From contig NC_073393.1 in the NCBI RefSeq assembly GCF_028641065.1, forward strand, positions 19,964,001 through 20,028,000: a stretch of DNA of 64,000 bases. Reading direction: 5' to 3'. Each line of letters opens with the position of its first letter. Position 1 is the stretch's first letter. The stretch comes from Leucoraja erinacea (lineage: Eukaryota). The position numbers and the translations under genes are program-made. Below are positions 1 to 11,435 of the stretch, piece by piece. The notes under the pieces are model-generated. The model saw only the letters and a program-made list of their open reading frames with translations, had not been told where the DNA came from and did no database searches.

Positions 1-178
1 TTTCTTAAATTAAATGTCAAGGGAATGCGTCAAGGGGGGAGTCCATTGCGATGAATTACACCTTTATCTGGCTCCCGATTTAAAAATTATGATGGAATTA
101 AGTAGCGTTGGAAAAAATGCGATTAGATGATGTAATCGACTCTTCTCCTTTCTTTTAATTCTATTCCTCTTTACTTAG

Positions 179-484
179 CTGTCCCTTCTCCTCTGAAGAT
201 TGTATCTGTTCGATCTAGAAATGCTGCGACTGATTTCCTGAAAATGCAGTGCAGAACGGCTGCCTTTTACCCGAAAGAATTTAATCTCACCTGGCATACA
301 AATGGTTCCGTCATCCAATCTGGATTTCGGCATGAACAAAGATCAACGGCAGACGGATTGTATGAAGTTATCAGCTTTTTAGAGGAGAAACGGACAGTCA
401 AAGAAGGAACCGTTTACACATGTAAAATTATTCACCGTTCTATGCTAACTCCAGCAACTGCCAACTACACGGTTCCTCGTGCAG
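179..484 (+). CDS. Copy A C1-set Ig domain exon
   Basis: Acceptor ttacttag|CT, donor GCAG|gtaacg; C1 motifs MQC..AAFYPKEFNLTW, DGLYEVISFL, YTCKIIH. Confidence 0.9.
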
Positions 485-3400
485 GTAACGTGTTCCACGG
501 ATAGTATAATGGATAGTCCACTGAATAATAATATTCATAGTAAAAATAAAATGTGAGGATTTTTAAAAGACCGAATTTTCTGCAGCAAATGTATTCACCT
601 AGAACTTGTGCAATTTTCCTATTTTCTGCCAACGTAGATGGACGCTGTACAGTCCATCCAGCCTATGTTGCTTCCCAGAAAAAGTCCATCAATACCCTTC
701 CCGCAATCGATCGCGCACCTGTACCCTTTCACGTGATCTACAAGTCCACTCTGATGCCCCCACAAACATCACACCTTCCCGAGAAATAATGTAAAAATAA
801 TCAATTAACTCACCAAGCAGTTCCTTGGTAAAATATCAGAGAATGTGCAATGTACATGCAGACAGTTCCCGAAGCCAGGCCTGAGCTCGGATCACCACTA
901 ACTCGGTGAAGGTTTTCTTTTTGTTTGTTTATGGCTGAAATTGGTAACCAATTGCAACACAGACACAGAGTCTACCTAAAATTAATCTGCGCAAATACCG
1001 AAATATGAAGTACTCCTCCTCCAATTTGTCTGTGGCCTCACTCTGGTAACGCAGGATGCCCAGAACAAAAAGGTTAGTGTGCGAATGGGAAAGGGATTCT
1101 AAATAGTTAGCAACCCGGAAATCCAATAGGCCTCGGCAGGAGATAGCTCCAGCGTATTTGACGATGTATTCGAGACGGAGTTTTGAACAAGCACTGTACC
1201 ATGTAACCAACACCAATGTAGCCAGTAGCTGTGGCTGATGTGAGTGTCTAGCTGCACCTTTAACTTGGAGAAAGTGAGAGGAGTCAAAAGAGAAATTGTT
1301 GAGGGTGACGACAAATTCCTCTAGACACAGGGGATTGTCCGTAGAAAAAAATATCTTTGGTCTCTTTTCAAGGAAGAAACGGAGGCCATGATATTTTCGT
1401 GTTCCTAACCACTCTACACCTACTACAGATGTCGGAGGACATTGGGAGAAAGCAGGAGAATGGGGTTAGGAGAGAGAGATAGATCAGCCATGATTGAATT
1501 GCGGAGTGGACATGATGGGCCGAATTGCCTAAATCTACTATTGCTTCTGACCTTAATACCCCTCCCCTGCCCTCCCATGCACAGCTCCTCCCAACCCCTC
1601 CTCTCTGAAGCCCTCTGGCCCCCACGCCCGAGCCTGCTTCTGCACCTCTGCTCGTCCCTGACCCCAGCCCTCATCCCTGTCGTGTTTTCACCACCCCCTG
1701 ACCTCCTTAACAATACAGAGCGGCCAGTCCTCGACAATTAGTGCTACATCCGACACCCGTGCAGAACTCAAATTCACCACTTATTTCCACCCTGCCCTCA
1801 AATTCACCTGGACGATGTCTGATACCGCTCTATGCTTCCCTTCTCTCTCTCCATTCACCCACCAGCCTCCGCAATCCTAAACATCAACTTCGGACATTTC
1901 CGTCGCCTCCAACCTGATCCCATTATTAATCACATATTTACCTTCCCGCCTTTTGCAGACTGTTCCTCCACAACTATGGTTCATTCATCCCTTTAAACCC
2001 AGACCACCCCAACCGGAGGTACTTTTCTCTACAACTGCAGGAGATGTAACACCTGTCCCCGTGCCTCCTTCCTCGTCTCTATGCACGGACTCCGACATTC
2101 TCTCCATGTTGGACAGTAGTTCACATGCACCTTCTCTAATCGCATCTACTGCATCCGATGGTCTGGATGCGGGGTCCTGTACAATAGTGTGAAAAGCTGT
2201 GGATTCTGCGACCATTTCGCTGAGCATGCTCAGACCTACTGGATCTCCCAGTAGCTAAGTATTTTAATTCCCCTTTTCATACCTATACTGACCTCTCTGT
2301 CCGAGGACCTGCCTTACACAGAGTGGCAAAAGCAAATTCGACGATTTCACTTGTCTAGCATACAAGCCAGCGGCATGAACGTTGAATTCTCTCATTTTAG
2401 CAATGTCCATAAGCACTCACCTCCCTCTCCTCTCCCTCGCTCCCCACCCCCCATTTGCCCCTTTTTCCTCTATGGGATTTACGTCCCACAATTTGCAACA
2501 ATGTATCCTTCTTGGGATAACGTCGGCCTATCAGGGAACCTCCCTGCGTGGGGCCATATAGTGCTAGTCCCGATCCCTCGTGTTTTTTTTTTTTTGCTCC
2601 ACCCCCCCCCCCCCCCCCCCCCCCACCCCACTATCAGCCTGAAGAAGTGCCCCGACACAAAAAAAGTCTCCTCTCCATTTTCTCCAATTATGCTGCCTGA
2701 CCCGCAGAGTTACGCCAGCATTTTCAGTCCATCTATGAGCACTAACTTGTTGGCTGTTGCATTAATTGGGGACGGTTAGTGGGGAGAAGACGTCTATAAT
2801 GAGTCATCCTGGCCAGCGTCAGTGACATTAACATCTCCTTCGAGATTTGGTGAACAGAATATATCCAAATTAATGTATTATGTTCTACAATTTTCTGTTT
2901 CCTGACGGTCAATATCCTACAAGGTTCACTTAAGATCTATTTATTTCACTCGTAATCGCGCTATAAATCGATATTGTTGGCTTTTTCCGCATTCCAGGCG
3001 GTTCTGGTGAAATCCAATGAGTGAACATTTGAAATATCTTGCTATGTTTCCCGCAAAGTCTACTTTAAAATAACGTAATTAAATATAAACATTTGGTAAT
3101 CGGTTTAACTTCCCACAGCTGTCGAGGGTTTATCTGCTTCTCTAATCGCTGGAAGTATCGGTGGTGCAGTATTAATTTTACTGTTCATCGTTATCGTCGT
3201 GATAACAATTATATATAGAGGTATGTTTCTCAACCATTTTTTAACATTATCACCCCAGTATAATATTATAATATAATCGTATTAGTAATTAGACGATTCT
3301 CTTGATAATAGAGGAAATGAAACATTTACACGGGCAAAATTTTTGATTATAGTAAACAGCACCGACTTAACGAAGATATTCAATTTTGCATTTGACTAAT

Positions 3401-6265
3401 GTTTGATGATCACATATTTTGAATTTTTGTATTATTTCAACACATCACATAGCAGCCAGCATTTAATTGTACCTAATGGTCAAGATCTGAACATATGTGA
3501 ATTTTGTGATAAAAATGTGTTTCATTGGTTGAAAGATAGCGTAGAGAAACAGGCCTTTTAACCCATCGATTCCACGTCGGCCATCGATCATCCGTTCACA
3601 CTAGCTCTACGTTAACCTACTTTCGCATCCACTCAATACACAGTGGCGGCAATTTACAGAGGTCCATTAACCCGCAAATCCGCACATTCTTGGGATGTGG
3701 GAGTATACTGGAGCAACGGATGAAACCCACGTGGTCACCGGGAGAACGTGCCTCAAACTCCGTATTTACCTGCTGCGCCACTGTGTCGTTCAACATTTTG
3801 GAAAATGCGTGGCACAAACAACGTGGTTTAAGCCTTCATTCATTTGTAGTGAAGCCGAATAAAGTGAAACTCTATCGGGCAATTATCACATGATATTACG
3901 TTCTTGGCGTGCAAAAAAAAACACCATGTCGCACGGCCATTTATCACTATTTCATTTTTCCGAGCAGGTGCAAAGAAGCGTACAGTAAATACAAATCGGC
4001 CACAAAGTTGGGTAAGGCTAATTTAATATGTGACTATTCCATTTGTGAAAGACAGGATTGTGCCTTTGTTGAAACCAAGCCGTTTTAATGAGGACCACGT
4101 CTTATTCTGTTTGAACGTATTCCCAATCAGTGAAGTTCACAGTACCCCACACAATGGAGGACATAAAGAACAATACAAAATGCATTTACAGGAGTTCGCA
4201 TTGATTATAAATATCATATACATTGTTTACACCAGATGTAGTGAAAGGAATATTTTCATTGCATCTTACTGCTTCTTGTCCAGCCACAGGCGAGATTCCG
4301 GAGTACTGGAGAGTGGCCATGTTGTTTCTTTGCTTAAGAAGGGAAGTAGAGGGAATCCAAGGCTCAACCAGTTGTGTCTAAATATAGGTCGTTTAACCAC
4401 ACCTTAGTGGTTGGGAACCAATTGGAAATACTTCAAGAGAGGATCTACTGACATTGGGAAGAGAATGAACGAATTAGCGATAGCCAGCACAGCCTAACAC
4501 GTTTTACTGATGTAATTGAGTTTTCTGAACAGATGACAAAGGAGATCGATGAAGGCAGGGCAGTAGCTGCTGCAAACACGAATCTAAGGAAGCTTAGTTC
4601 CTTTAAAGATAAAGTTCCTCATGATAGGTTGATCCAAAATATCAAGATATCCAGGATCCACTGTAATTTGGTGATATTAATTCAGAACTGGCTTCTTCAG
4701 AGCGACAGAGGTTTGTCGAAGGAAGATCTGCCTGAAGGTCTGTGATCAGTGGAATTCCACAGGGACCTCTGTTATTTGTGATATATATAAATGACGTAGA
4801 CATAAATCTAGATGGGTTGTTGAGTAAATTTGCTGAACAACAGAACAGGGGGAGTTGCAGACAGCCAGGAGGGTTGTCGGAAGATACAGAGGGTTATTGA
4901 TCATCGACAGAAGTGGGTGGAGAAATGGCAGATGGAGCATGATGGAGTATAACCCGAGCTGTCTGAGCTGTTGCACTTTAGGATGGCGCATGTAAGGATA
5001 AACTCAAAATGCTAAAGTGAATTGATGTGCAGGGAGGTCATAGAGTCCAAGTTATAGCTCACTGAAGACTGCAGCACGAAGAGATAGGCTGGTAAAGATG
5101 GCGTATGATATTGTTGCCTTCATTGCTACGGCCGTGATTATAAAAATCAAGAAACCATGATACAGCTCTATAAGACTATGGTTAAGCCCCATTTGGAGTT
5201 TTCCGTGCGGTTCTGGTAGCCTCATAACAGAACGCATTTGGGGAGGGTGCAGAAGAGGTTTGCCAGATGCGCTTGGATTAGAGAGGCGCAAGTGACCGAA
5301 GGGGTTGTATAAACTTGGATAGATTTTTTTTCTGGCAATTCGGAGCTTGAGGGCAGAATTGATAGACTGAAGCATAGATAGGGTAGACCGGCAGAACCTT
5401 TTCCACATAATAGAAATGTCCAATGCTAGAGGGCATAGCTATAAGGTGTGTGGGAGAATGTTTGATGGAGGTATACGGGGTAAGTTCTTTACATAGCGAT
5501 TGTTGTTTGCCTGGAAGGCATTACCGGTTGTTGTGGTGGAGGCAGACACGACAGTGGCGTTTAAGAGGCATTTAGATGGACATCTGCAGAAGGAAAAAAG
5601 GGATATGGATCATGTACAGATAGATGAGATCGGTTTAACATGGCATCGTGTTCAGCACAAACATTTTGGGCTGAAGGGCGCGTTCAGATGCTGTCCTATG
5701 TTCCATATTATGTACTGTTATCATTTTTTGATGTGTTCAGTTGCGACTGTTTTCCCCACAGTCGATTGGACTCTGGAAATTGGTCTTCATGCAATAAGTC
5801 ATTCGAGACAAAACGTAAAATAATTGTCCCTCGTTTATTCTTGCCAGTGCATTCCACGAGAAGGCTTCATCTGTATTATAACTAATCCTAAAATGTTCAT
5901 GAATTTCCAGGAAGAAGGTGAGAACGTTAGCCGTAATCCGATGTACGCCCATTTGGATTTTGTCCGCTCCAAAGAATATGAGAAACCTGAAGAGCACGCG
6001 AATAGACCAGTGTATGCAAAGGTACAGTTCGTTTCACGCTTTTACTCTACACATCTGAGAATACAGATACGTGTTACTTGGAGAGATTTGTCGTTTTCTT
6101 GTCCAATTAACAATAGCAAACATTTGTGCACAGATCGCAATTATGGCTGCTGCTGATACCCAACTGGCGTACGCATCCTTGAACACGTCAAGCTCCAAAA
6201 ATAATTTGAAACGGCAACAAAAAGAAATAAGTGTAATATATAGCGGGGTGAAAAATAACAACTAA
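179..6265 (+). CDS. IgSF receptor copy A (5'-partial): C1-TM-cytoplasmic ITIM tail; SIRP-like/VJ-C1 inhibitory receptor
   Basis: Exons 179-484 (C1), 3119-3220 (TM), 3968-4011, 5911-6021, 6134-6265, all AG/GT bounded and in compatible phases (1,1,1,0,0). Tail contains PMYAHL, PVYAKI, LAYASL, VIYSGV. Leader and V exons lie upstream of the window. Confidence 0.85.
1560..2730 (+). mobile_element. Degenerate Penelope-like element remnants in intron 3 (paralogous copies ~20045-21240 and ~47400-48180)
   Basis: HPALKFTWTISDT-like RT remnant, GIY-YIG-region remnant resembling 57580-57906, decayed terminal-repeat sequence near 2630-2730. Boundaries approximate. Confidence 0.6.
3119..3220 (+). CDS. Copy A transmembrane exon
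   Basis: cccacag|CT...AGAG|gtatgt; AVEGLSASLIAGSIGGAVLILLFIVIVVITIIYR, uncharged hydrophobic helix. Confidence 0.85.
3526..3786 (-). mobile_element. tRNA-derived V-SINE (HE1-like) fragment in intron 4 (paralogous copies ~22035-22295 and ~48888-49150)
   Basis: Reverse strand carries the ctcccacatcccaaga core shared with the SINEs at 42.4 and 43.5 kb, plus a CR1-like 3' tail. Confidence 0.6.
3968..4011 (+). CDS. Copy A cytoplasmic exon 1
   Basis: gagcag|GT...TGG|gtaagg; GAKKRTVNTNRPQSW, basic juxtamembrane segment. Confidence 0.75.
4280..5720 (+). mobile_element. Old, heavily decayed CR1 LINE fragment in intron 5 (present in all three gene copies)
   Basis: RT remnants TKEIDEGRAV..DKVPHDRLI, SGIPQ..LLFVIYIND, VVEADT..AFKRHLD; many stops and frameshifts. 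Confidence 0.75.
5911..6021 (+). CDS. Copy A cytoplasmic exon 2 (Tyr motifs 1-2)
   Basis: ttccag|GAA...AAG|gtacag; EEGENVSRNPMYAHLDFVRSKEYEKPEEHANRPVYAK. Confidence 0.8.
6134..6265 (+). CDS. Copy A terminal cytoplasmic exon (two ITIMs)
   Basis: gtgcacag|ATC; IAIMAAADTQLAYASLNTSSSKNNLKRQQKEISVIYSGVKNNN*; LAYASL and VIYSGV fit (I/V/L/S)xYxx(L/V/I). Confidence 0.8.
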   Translation: MAIMAAADTQLAYASLNTSSSKNNLKRQQKEISVIYSGVKNNN

Positions 6266-7020
6266 ATTCGTCGGGCTATATGGCAGCGAATCGAAAAATG
6301 TCAGTTACTCTATAAATGATTTATTCGCTAATTTGATTATAATCATAATATCATTGTGTCATACAATATGGAAACAGACCCTTGGGACATACTTCATGCC
6401 GTCCAATATGCCCCAATAATCACACCTACCCGCTTTTGACCCATATCCCTCTAAACGTTTCCTATCTATGTACCCAAATATCCAATACACGCTGTTATAG
6501 TATCTGACACAACTCGTTGCAGACACCCGCTATGTGAAAGCAGTGCCCGTCAGTTTTTTTAAATTAAATTTCTCTTCTCTCACCTTCAACATGTGTCCTT
6601 TACTTTTTCATTCCTGTACTTTGGGTAAAATAATCTGTGCATTCGGCCTATCTATTCCCAAAATGTAATTCTTACCTTTCATTGCCGTAGACCTTTTTGT
6701 GTACTGTGAAGTTATAATAGGCACGTTTCGTTCTTGATTGAGGGGGCTCACACAGCGTGGCTAACTTATAATTGGTCTAAGACCATCTCTTTGTTATTAA
6801 AATTCCATTATTCCTCATTAATTATGTTTACGTTCGAATGCGTGAGTTGGCATTCCGAATTAATTTTTTTCCTTTATTAAGCTTGCTGCATGTGGTTATC
6901 AATTGATTATTTTATTTCATTCCAAATAATTATTTCAAGATTCCGATTAGTGAATATTAGTGAATTCGATATTTTATGCATCCATAATCCTTCAATCGCA
7001 TGACTTGTGGTTTTCAAATT

Positions 7021-7022
<2 letters not shown>

Positions 7023-7108
<86 letters not shown>
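7023..7108. repeat. (AAT)n microsatellite (LINE tail)
   Basis: Direct reading. Confidence 0.95.
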
Positions 7109-7109
<1 letters not shown>

Positions 7110-8023
7110 CTATTACAGACTCAAGGTCCAGACAAGGGGCAACATTACATAAAAAATGCATTGCATATTAAATATCATAAAATACATATAAAATCTTAGT
7201 ATATCACTTATAAAAACATCATAATTTATATATATTTTAAAACACAATACATAAGTGCAAAATCCAGATTAAAAGAATGATCAATGTCCTACAACGAGAC
7301 CAGTGTCTCCACAGCTGGGATTCGTAGCGTGTAGTGCTGACCCTTATGTTTGACAAGGCCACAATAAGCACATTTTTAGAGTCATTTTTCCTGCAAATGA
7401 ATTTATACATGTGATGTCTTAGGATAGCTTCTAAAGTACTCACTCCTACAGCCACAATCATATTACTGGCACTACACCATCTATGTTGCCTTAGCAGTTC
7501 TCATGGCATCGTTATATGCCACCTTTAGTCTCTGCATACTTGTCTTTCATTATTTTGACCACAGGTGTGCAGCGTAGAGTGGTGTGCAGTATGCTCTAAA
7601 TAGCGACATCTTCACCTCATCCGCACACGCACCAAATTTACGCAAGAGAATATTCGCCTGCACATACAGCATGCGTCGTTGCCTATAAATATCCTCATCA
7701 TCTGTCATTTGTTCTGTAATAATATGCCCTAGATATTTTACCTTATTACAGACACTAAGATTATTGTCAGACAATTTAAAATCAGGAAATTTTAGACATT
7801 TATGCTCTTTGGTTCTACAGATCATAACAGCACTCTTACTAGCATTATATTTAATGTCATGTTCCACACCATACACGGAGCACATAGTAAGGAGCTGCTG
7901 GAGATCAGGGCTAGATGGACTAAAGACCACAAGATCATCTGCATACACAATATGGTTCACTAAAATATTACCAATCACGCACCCTGTGTTACAGGTTTTC
8001 AATTGTTTAGACAGATCATCAAT
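7023..8023 (-). mobile_element. RTE-X-like LINE, 3' part, with (AAT)n tail
   Basis: ORF 7550-8110 has RT motif NHIVYADDL and KVKYLG; (AAT)n tail at 7023-7108. Near-identical to the longer copy at 29740-33406. Clade assigned from memory. Confidence 0.8.
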
Positions 8024-8024
8024 T

Positions 8025-8480
8025 TCTATATTACTAAAAGCCTGTTCTTGACTGGTTTTGGCCATCTTTGCTGCGATTTCCGAGAGAACGCCGCCACCTA
8101 CGGCCGTCATTTATGTCCACCTTGCTCAGAGCCCCCGTCCGCCGTATATGTGCCGAGGATTTTTCCCGTCGATAAAAATGACAGATATGTTAATGATTTT
8201 ACAAAATTCCCCATTCTCTCTGCTGCCCCTGCTGGCGGCAGGGGGGGGGGGGGGGACTATAAAACCAGGAAGTGGAGTGCCTCAATCAGTGTCTGCAAGC
8301 TGGAGGAAGGCACAGGGTCACGTTTCTCTGAGCTGTGAATAACACTGAACACATGTCTACTCAAATGTAAGTGTCCTTAGTGTCCTTTAAAACGCTTGCA
8401 GGGTGTATCTATTGGTTCTAAAATGTTTACAAAATGTCTCTTTTGTTTCTAGAATGCTTGCAGAATGTGTCTTTTTGGGT
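8025..8480 (+). mobile_element. Possible non-autonomous Helitron-like element 5' end truncating the RTE-X-like copy
   Basis: The LINE breaks abruptly at ...catcaat and is followed by TCTATATTACTAAAA, a TC-start typical of Helitron 5' ends. No clear CTRR 3' end found. Confidence 0.35.
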
Positions 8481-10619
8481 GTAAAAGTGACATTTTTCAA
8501 CGGCAATGTAAAAATGTTTTACAACCTCTCTGTGCCTCCCCAGAACCACTCTATAAAATTTCCCCCCTTTCGTACCCCCCTCCCCACCCCCAATTTTTCC
8601 ATCTCCTCTCCCCTCTCCTTCACCTTTCCTCCTCCCCACTGTTCCCCCGTCTCCTCTCCTCACACATTGCCCCCTCCTTAACACCTCCTCTCCCTCCTCC
8701 CCTCTCCCTTCCTCTCCTCAGGAAAAAAATCCTCTAAAATCCCTCCCCCCTTCTTTTCCCAAAACCCGGAAAGAAGACTCCTAGATGCCCTCCTCTCCCC
8801 CCCCCTCCTCCACCTTACCTCTCTCTCTCACCCACCTCCCCTCCCTAAGGTCTCTCCCACCATCTTGACCTCTTCCCTAATATAATGTGTCCACTCATCC
8901 CTAAACCCCTCTTTACTCCTCTCTCCCCCCCCTCTTTATTTTCCTAGTCTCCCCTTTCTTCTTTTCTTCCCCCATCTCTCATCCCCCTCTTTCCACTCTC
9001 TCCCTCTCTCTCCTCTGACCCCCCCCTCTGCAGTAACGATGGGCGATTATTATCGTATTGACTCTCATCTCTCGCCCTCTTCCCGGTCCCTCTCTCCTCC
9101 CCCCCTCTTGTCACCCAGCTCTTTGAACTCCCCTTCTCCTTTGCAGATGACTTTCAATCTATAATCCAGCGGTCCTGGATGACAGACTACCAGGGTCGTC
9201 CCGACCCTTCTACCACTGGCCCCTCCCCCACCCACGTAAACTTATGCTCCACTCCACACGCACCTTGGACGGCAAAAAATTTTCTCTTCCCAATATTGTG
9301 CCAACCTCCCCCTCCCTTATTTCGTCAACATGACTCGGATAAGCCTCCTAGACATTGATGCTGTTGAATCTATTAAACGTTACTAATGACTCCATGCTTT
9401 CATCTGTAATGCTAGACCCGGGCTAGGTGGACTGCCCCCTCCACATCGTGGCTAGGGGATAATGGCCGACATTATCTTCAATTTGCACATGCTGTTTTAT
9501 ATGTGAAGATGTCGCGTATTTCTCAATATTACCCTTCTTTCTACACTGCTTCCCCGAACTAAAACAAGTTTGCCCCCCATCAAAAAAGATGGGACCTGCT
9601 CAAGCAACCTGGAGGGTGGTATGCCCCTAATATGTTTTATGGCTGCCTCTAATCCCAATCCATGTATAAATGCCAGGATAAATTTACTACCATAACCTAC
9701 CACTCTGCTCCCTCCATTTGGGAAAGTGGTCCCCCACATTGATCATCCCCTTCTTATGTATCACTTTTCCTTTTATAAATGGCATACCGAAGATTTTAAT
9801 GTGTTCTTTGCAACCGCGGCCTGTTTAATAGCTCCCATCCTCTTCTGAACATGTTAATAAAATTCTGGCAGCTTGATATTATACTCCTTGAACTAAACCA
9901 CCTTCTCCGACTGTTTTCACTTGGATGTTTAATGTTTTTTGGTACCTCGACTCCCGACCTCCTCAGCATCCACTTAACGCCCCTCCACCCTCCATTTCAA
10001 CTCTCGTGGCCTCCCCCCCTCTGTGCTGAGCTGCCAACCTCCCCCCACCCCCCCTCTCCCCCACCCCGCCCCCCCCCCCCCCCTCTCCCTCGGCCCCCTG
10101 TTATCTCCACATCCCCGCCTTTATCTTTTTTTTGCCCGCTCTTTTATATAGTCCCATCTGCCCCCTGATAGCTCTCCCTCCCCTACCCCAGGAGCTCTCC
10201 CAAGGGTATTTCCCTTGGATTATCTGCATTCCTATCCCATTAGGCATGTATCCCCTAGATCGCAATCCATTGAAGTGCCACAGAAACCCAACTCCCGTGA
10301 ATCCTTATGTAGGCTTCTCTCCCTTTCCAGCATAAGGCATGTGACTGTGTCACCTCCCCCCCGTCCATCCCCTCTCCCACCCTCCCATTCTATCCCCTCT
10401 CCCCCACTGTCCATAAACCCCCACTTCCACGTACTATTTCCCTAACCCTCACAGAAATACCCCCTACCCTTCTTCCCAACAGATAGATGGTTTTATGCCA
10501 CTTCTCCCCCTCCCCCCCCACCTGCCAACATGACCCCACCGTAGTCGTGGCCCTGACCCTCCCCTTTTCTACGCACAGTTTGTGTTTGTGTTTGATGATG
10601 AGAAGCCATGCGGCCGAAA

Positions 10620-11435
10620 CTAATATTTATACGCAATGACGCATGCCTGTATGTACAGGCAAAGTAATTATCTTGCGTAAATTTCTTGGTGCGCTGTTGC
10701 AGATGGGATGTGTTGAAGATGTTCGCCTATTTAGAGCATACTGCACCACCATGCTACAACTGCTTTCCATCCTCTGCGGAGCCCATGATGTACCCTAGGT
10801 CGTGGTCGAACTATGCAAAGACAAGTTTGCAGAGACTTTCCCTCAAAGGAGGGTTTATATTTTTTGCGAATCAATGAGAACACTGCTAAGGCAACGGATG
10901 GTTGTCAGAGTGCCAGTAATATGTTTGTGGCTGCAGACAGGAGCATGCCAGTTACTTGTGGAATGGCTATCCTAAAAATCAATCACATGTATAAGGATCG
11001 CCTTTCCGCATTTGCAGGATAACTTAATGCTCTATGTTTGAAAGATGTAATTATTTGGCTGGCCCCATTGTCAGACAGCTAAGGTCAGCTACACGCTACC
11101 GAATCCCAGTTGTGGAGACAGTGGTTCGTTACTGTCTCGTTGTAGGACATTGATCATGTTTTAAGTACATGAGCTGGATCTTTTTTGCCGTGCTTAACTT
11201 ATGTATTATTTGACCTTCCTTGCGGAAAACATGTTTTCTATTTTTATTTTTAAAAATATAATTTATGATGCTTTTATAAGTGTCCATACTAAGATCCACT
11301 TACCCCTGTGTGCTTAAGATGATATTTTTTTAATATCGCAATGCGTTTTTTTGTCCCGGTATGTAATGTTGCCCCTGAAAAAGACGGTTGACGTCTGGAC
11401 CTCGAGTCCGTAATAAAGATTATTATTATTATTAT
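10620..11435 (+). mobile_element. Second, noisy copy of the RTE-X-like 3' end (inverted relative to 7023-8023)
   Basis: Recognisable blocks (tttagagcatactgcac, agtgccagtaatatgtttgtggctg, gtctggacct..gagtc..taataaa plus (ATT)n) separated by many small insertions. Confidence 0.65.

Noticed and set aside
5824-6156. 110-aa ORF as a standalone gene
   Set aside because: Only 5911-6021 is exon. Its continuation differs between copies, while the splice sites are conserved.
6960-7199. Poly-Asn ORF
   Set aside because: Translation of the (AAT)n LINE tail.
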